A DNA stretch of 64,000 nucleotides from contig PVXE01000015.1 in NCBI GenBank assembly GCA_014444615.1, positions 12,124 through 76,123 on the forward strand, in the 5' to 3' direction. The stretch is from Tagaea sp. CACIAM 22H2. Lineage in GTDB: Bacteria; Pseudomonadota; Alphaproteobacteria; CACIAM-22H2. The first letter of the stretch is position 1; each line of letters begins with the position of its first letter. A model generated the notes under the pieces. It saw only the letters and a list, made by a program, of their open reading frames with translations, did no database searches and had not been told where the DNA came from. Position numbers and translations under genes: made by a program. Below, in pieces: positions 60,166 through 64,000 of the stretch.

Positions 60166-61097
60166 CAAACGGCCTTCGCGCGGAAGATCAGGCAATCGCC
60201 GCGCCCGGTGCGGTTCCAATGCCACAGCAGCGGGAACAGCACGAAACGCGCGATCAGCATGGCGCCCGCAACCAACGGCGCCTTGCGCTGCAAGCGCACG
60301 ACGTCCGCCATGTTCTTGCGCCAGCGATGCGCAATCCAGCTTTGCGCCACCCACAAAGCGGGCGTAATCGCTTTGCTCTCGACGATCTCGAATCCCGTTT
60401 CGGTCAGCAGGCGGCGCAACCGGCTTTCGGAGAAATGCACGATATGGAAGGGCACGTGCCAATTCACCCAATCGCGGCCATAACGCTTGGCGAGGGCGGA
60501 ATCGATATTCGGCAGGCTGATCCACACCTGCCCGTCCGGCTTCAGGATGCGCTTCACGTGTTTGAGCGCGTCGCGCGGGTCGAGCGTGTGCTCGAGCACG
60601 TTCGACAGCACGGCAACGTCGTATTTCTCGGCCGGTTCGAAATCTTCGACCAGCTTTTCGTGGACCGCGAAGCCGCGCGCGCGCGCCGTCGCGGCGGCGT
60701 TGGAATTGAGCTCCAACCCTTCCGCGGCGAAACCGTTGCGCGTGTAGAGCGCCAAGCCCCGCCCTTCGTTGCAGCCGATATCGAGAAGACGGCCCGTTCC
60801 CATGCGTCCATGGAACGAGATGTCGCCATCGATCGCGAGCAACAATTTGTAGAACGGCGAAAACAAGAATTTCTCGCGCGCCGAAGCGTAGTTACCGTCG
60901 GTTTTGCCGCCGTAATTGTAATGCGCTTCGTAAAGCCGCTTCAGCGTGGCCCCGTCGGGGCGCGGGCTTGTTTGCCGTCCGCCGCACGCGTCGCAGGCGC
61001 GGACATGCCACACGCCCGGCGCGCCGAAGCGGTTATCGACCACGTCGTCGAGATAAGGCCGCGTCGCGGCGCCGCAGAACAGGCAAGGTTCGGTCAT
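60165..61097 (-). CDS. Class I SAM-dependent methyltransferase with an N-terminal CxxC...CxxC zinc-ribbon-like segment
   Basis: CLFCGA...CDACGG, then LLDIGCNEGRG (motif I). ATG 61097 overlaps the upstream stop (ATGA). Confidence 0.8.
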   Translation of the reverse strand: MTEPCLFCGAATRPYLDDVVDNRFGAPGVWHVRACDACGGRQTSPRPDGATLKRLYEAHYNYGGKTDGNYASAREKFLFSPFYKLLLAIDGDISFHGRMGTGRLLDIGCNEGRGLALYTRNGFAAEGLELNSNAAATARARGFAVHEKLVEDFEPAEKYDVAVLSNVLEHTLDPRDALKHVKRILKPDGQVWISLPNIDSALAKRYGRDWVNWHVPFHIVHFSESRLRRLLTETGFEIVESKAITPALWVAQSWIAHRWRKNMADVVRLQRKAPLVAGAMLIARFVLFPLLWHWNRTGRGDCLIFRAKAV

Positions 61098-61930
61098 TTG
61101 CGGCTCATCGCTTTGCGCCGCTCGTAGAGCTTCGCGTCGATCAGGAAGCGGAACCACAGGGTTTGCAGCACGTAGAAAATCAGCCCTTCCTTGCCGTCGA
61201 GGAAGCCGAGCTTCACCACGTAGCGATAGAAGAACAGCAGGAAGGCGCGCAGGAACAAGGGTGCGCGATAATACCAGCCGCGCGCGCGGCGCTTTTCCGC
61301 GACCGGATCGCCGGAGCCCGCCTGGATCACGCCATCGCCGCCGGGATTGAGGATTTCGTCGACTTCCGCATCCGCCCAGCGATTATGGCGCGCGGTCCAT
61401 TCGGTCAGCGACAGGCGGATATCGTCGATCATCGGGTGTGCGAGATTGCGCGTCGCCCCGTCGACGAAGAAATGCTGATCGTATTTGCGATCTTCGCAGC
61501 GCCCCTTGCCAGTGCGGAACAAGCGCATGTGATAGATCGGGTACATGCCGCCATGGCGCAACGGCTTTTCGTGAAAATGCACGAGGCGCGGCACGTAGAA
61601 ACCCGAAATCGCGGGATCGACCGGTGCCGCGAGCAGCGCTGCGATCTCCGCCTTCAATTCCGGCGTCAAACGCTCGTCGGCGTCGAGATGCAATTGCCAT
61701 TCGTGGCGCAAGGGCAGGTTGGCGATCGCCCAGTTACGCTGCGAGCCGTAATTCTCGAACGGGTGATGGACGAGCTGCGCGCCCGACGCGGCGACGATGT
61801 CGTGCGTGTTGTCAGTCGAGCCCGAATCGACGACATGCACATCGTTGGTGAGCCCCGTGAGCGACTGCAACGTCGCGCCGATCGTGGCTTCGGAATTGAA
61901 GGTGAGGATGACGACCGAGACGGGGGTCAT
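61094..61930 (-). CDS. Glycosyltransferase family 2
   Basis: MTPVSVVILTFNSEATIGATLQS...VVDSGSTDNT...LDADE (DxD). ATG 61930 overlaps the upstream stop (ATGA). Confidence 0.85.
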   Translation of the reverse strand: MTPVSVVILTFNSEATIGATLQSLTGLTNDVHVVDSGSTDNTHDIVAASGAQLVHHPFENYGSQRNWAIANLPLRHEWQLHLDADERLTPELKAEIAALLAAPVDPAISGFYVPRLVHFHEKPLRHGGMYPIYHMRLFRTGKGRCEDRKYDQHFFVDGATRNLAHPMIDDIRLSLTEWTARHNRWADAEVDEILNPGGDGVIQAGSGDPVAEKRRARGWYYRAPLFLRAFLLFFYRYVVKLGFLDGKEGLIFYVLQTLWFRFLIDAKLYERRKAMSRK

Positions 61931-63030
61931 GCGCCCGCGATCTCCCGATAGATGGTTTCGAGTTGCGCGCCGATCTTCGCCCAATCGTAGCGGTCGGTCG
62001 CGAGTTTGCGGCCCGCCGCGCCCATGCGCTTGGCGCGCGCGGGGTCGTTGGCGAGCAGCAGGAGATGCGCGGCGACGGAGTCGATTTCGGGCGGCGAGAC
62101 GAGCCCCGCCCCTGCACCCTCGATTTCGCGCCAAATATTGACGCGATCGGAAATGACCACGGGGGCGCCGCAGGCCATTGCCTCGACGATGGCGATGCCG
62201 AAATTCTCCGACCAGGACGGCAAGGCGAACAGCGCGCAATCGACGAAAGCGGCGAGCTTGTCGCGGCCCGTGAGCATGCCGAGCCAGACCGTCGCATCGT
62301 CGAGCTTGTGTTGCGAAACCAGTGCGCGCGCCGCCGCTTCGTAGCCGTCGTCGGGCCCGGCGATGACCAGGCGCAACGCGGGATCGGCATCCAGCGCCTT
62401 GCGGAAAGCCGGGATCAAAACGTCGAGACCCTTTTTGAAATTGAGTCGCGACAGGAACAGCACGGGCTTCGTGCCCGCAAGTTCCGGGTGCTTGGCGAAG
62501 AACGCGCCGGACGGCGGCAGATCGGCATAGTCGCCGATATCGATGCCGTTGGGCACAACCACGCCTTTGGCCCCGCGCGAATAGGGGGCGGCGAGTTCCA
62601 TTTCTTCGGCGGCCGTCCAATGCAGCGCGGCGGCGTGGTCGATCACGCGATCCTGGAAGAGGGTTTCGATGAACGCTTTTCGCAAACGATGGCGCTTCCA
62701 CAAAAACGGATCGAGCGTGCCATGCGGGCGCAAGAGATAAGGCTTGCCCGCCTTGCGCGCGACGCGCGCGGCATACCAGACATGGAAAAGATACAGCGAG
62801 TGGATATGCACCACATCCGCCGCCGGGATCGCCTTATCGAGCGCGCGCGCCAGCGGCCACGAGACGGCGAGCATGGCGGGCACGCCTTGCTTGTGGACAT
62901 GAATCGTCACGCCGCGATCGACGACGGGCGATGCGTAGTGCTTCTTCTCAGCGTCGCTCATCGCGCGATCGGTCGTCTGGATTTCGACCGTATGCCCACG
63001 CGCCGCGACGGCACGCGCCATATCCAGCAC
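61927..63030 (-). CDS. Glycosyltransferase family 4. The N-terminus probably extends to 63090.
   Basis: GT-B fold with PSWSENFGIAIVEAMACGAPVV (EX7E). The frame stays open upstream of GTG 63030 and encodes IRIVHVIASIASRTGGPAKA, the usual GT4 N-terminus, but it has no ATG/GTG/TTG. See findings. Confidence 0.8.
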   Translation of the reverse strand: MLDMARAVAARGHTVEIQTTDRAMSDAEKKHYASPVVDRGVTIHVHKQGVPAMLAVSWPLARALDKAIPAADVVHIHSLYLFHVWYAARVARKAGKPYLLRPHGTLDPFLWKRHRLRKAFIETLFQDRVIDHAAALHWTAAEEMELAAPYSRGAKGVVVPNGIDIGDYADLPPSGAFFAKHPELAGTKPVLFLSRLNFKKGLDVLIPAFRKALDADPALRLVIAGPDDGYEAAARALVSQHKLDDATVWLGMLTGRDKLAAFVDCALFALPSWSENFGIAIVEAMACGAPVVISDRVNIWREIEGAGAGLVSPPEIDSVAAHLLLLANDPARAKRMGAAGRKLATDRYDWAKIGAQLETIYREIAGA

Positions 63031-63130
63031 GGCCTTGGCGGGGCCGCCGGTGCGCGAGGCGATCGATGCGATGACGTGAACGATACGAATGGAACGGACC
63101 CCGACGAGGCGAACCTAGCTTAAACGTCCG

Positions 63131-63940
63131 GTGTTCTTCGCAAATTCCAGCCGCCGGGGCAAATGCGCCGGGGCCGCCTTGACAGGAAGGCCGGTCCCGG
63201 CCCCATCATCGGCGGACGGAAAGGCTCGCCCGCTGGAAACGGCCCCGCAACGCTTCTCGCGCCGCCACGTCGTCCGGGGTTTGGCCCTGAGCGCGGCCGC
63301 TGCGCCGTTCCCCGCCACCACCGCGACCGGCACTTCGCGCCCTGTCGATGTCGCCCTGGTTCTGGCCGTCGATTGTTCCAGTTCGATCGACGCGGGCGAA
63401 TTCCGGCTCCAATCGCAAGGTTATGCGGAGGCTTTCCGCACCGAACGCGTGCAACGCGCCGTGCTGGGCGGCCGGTATCGGGCGATCGCCGTCGCGATGA
63501 CCCATTGGGGCGGACAGATCGCCCAGCAAGTCGTGGCGGACTGGACCCTGCTCGACAGCCCGGCGGCGATGCTCCGTTTCGCGGATCTGTTGGCCGGCAT
63601 GCCCCGCGAGGTGGCGGACGACGCGACCGCGATCGGGGCGGCGATCGACCATGCGCGGGGTCTGTTCGACCGGGTGCCTTTTCGGCCCGAGCGGCAGGTG
63701 ATCGACGTTTCGGGCGACGGTATGAACAACCAGGGCCGATTCCCGAGCTACGCGCGCGACGCGGCGGTCGCGGCGGGAATCGGCATCAACGGTCTGGCGA
63801 TCCTGACCGATCACGCCACGCTCGACCGCTATTTCCGCGCCGAGGTGATCGGCGGGCCCGGCGCCTTTGTGATGCCCGCACGCCGTTTCGCCGATTTCGG
63901 CCCCGCCATCGCCAACAAGATCGCCCAGGAACTGTCCTAG
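63131..63940 (+). CDS. DUF1194 (vWA-like) domain protein with a Tat-like signal
   Basis: RFSRRHVVRGLALSAAAAPF, then VDVALVLAVDCSSSID...IDVSGDGMNNQG...INGLAI. The start codon is uncertain. Confidence 0.7.
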   Translation: MFFANSSRRGKCAGAALTGRPVPAPSSADGKARPLETAPQRFSRRHVVRGLALSAAAAPFPATTATGTSRPVDVALVLAVDCSSSIDAGEFRLQSQGYAEAFRTERVQRAVLGGRYRAIAVAMTHWGGQIAQQVVADWTLLDSPAAMLRFADLLAGMPREVADDATAIGAAIDHARGLFDRVPFRPERQVIDVSGDGMNNQGRFPSYARDAAVAAGIGINGLAILTDHATLDRYFRAEVIGGPGAFVMPARRFADFGPAIANKIAQELS

Positions 63941-64000
63941 CGCCCCAACGCGGCCGCCCAATGCGCGCGCTTGTCGTCGAAGCTCATCCCCGCATGGGCC

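Noticed and set aside
1-64000. Search for rRNA, tRNA, CRISPR arrays, IS elements/transposases, integrases and prophage genes
   Set aside because: None was recognised. Intergenic spaces are short, mostly under 110 bp. The few longer ones (12861-13134, 14536-14794) look like promoter/leader regions and do not fold as cloverleaf-like structures.

Overview
Very GC-rich chromosomal segment. Gene content points to an alphaproteobacterium (btaAB betaine-lipid genes, alpha-type flagellin, MmcB, DUF1194, TRAP transporter). I support about 50 protein-coding genes, densely packed, with many 4-nt ATGA/GTGA start-stop overlaps. I saw no rRNA, tRNA, CRISPR array, transposase or integrase. Order of contents: (1) a NitT/TauT-type ABC transporter operon with an embedded nucleoside phosphorylase; (2) btaA-btaB behind a Pho-box-like triple repeat; (3) an operon of PAS histidine kinase, REC-HDOD and REC-degenerate HD-GYP; (4) a dCache hybrid kinase with fused Hpt plus a sigma54 activator, divergent from a lone flagellin gene that has a well-spaced sigma54 promoter; (5) an XRE regulator and an FeS-type (6-4) photolyase/cryptochrome; (6) a DUF2877/FdrA/DUF1116 triad; (7) a beta-CASP hydrolase; (8) a two-partner secretion pair (TpsB plus a ~2650-aa Gly/Thr-rich TpsA with no toxin tip), divergent from an operon encoding a secreted protein, a stand-alone cNMP-binding protein, an exported TPR-CHAT (caspase-like) lipoprotein, a second secreted protein and a CHASE2-class III nucleotidyl cyclase; (9) ArsR and MFS genes; (10) an enolase-superfamily gene with a PotABCD-like ABC transporter, divergent from a TRAP transporter; (11) a split HK / REC / Hpt / OmpR phosphorelay; (12) MBL, VOC and GloB genes; (13) a 588-aa unknown protein coupled to MmcB; (14) a heptose/glycosyltransferase/methyltransferase cluster; (15) DUF1194. 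The best candidate for an undescribed system is the TPS + CHAT + CHASE2-cyclase + cNMP-receptor island at 21.7-38.5 kb. All calls rest on reading the translations and DNA by eye. No database search was run.
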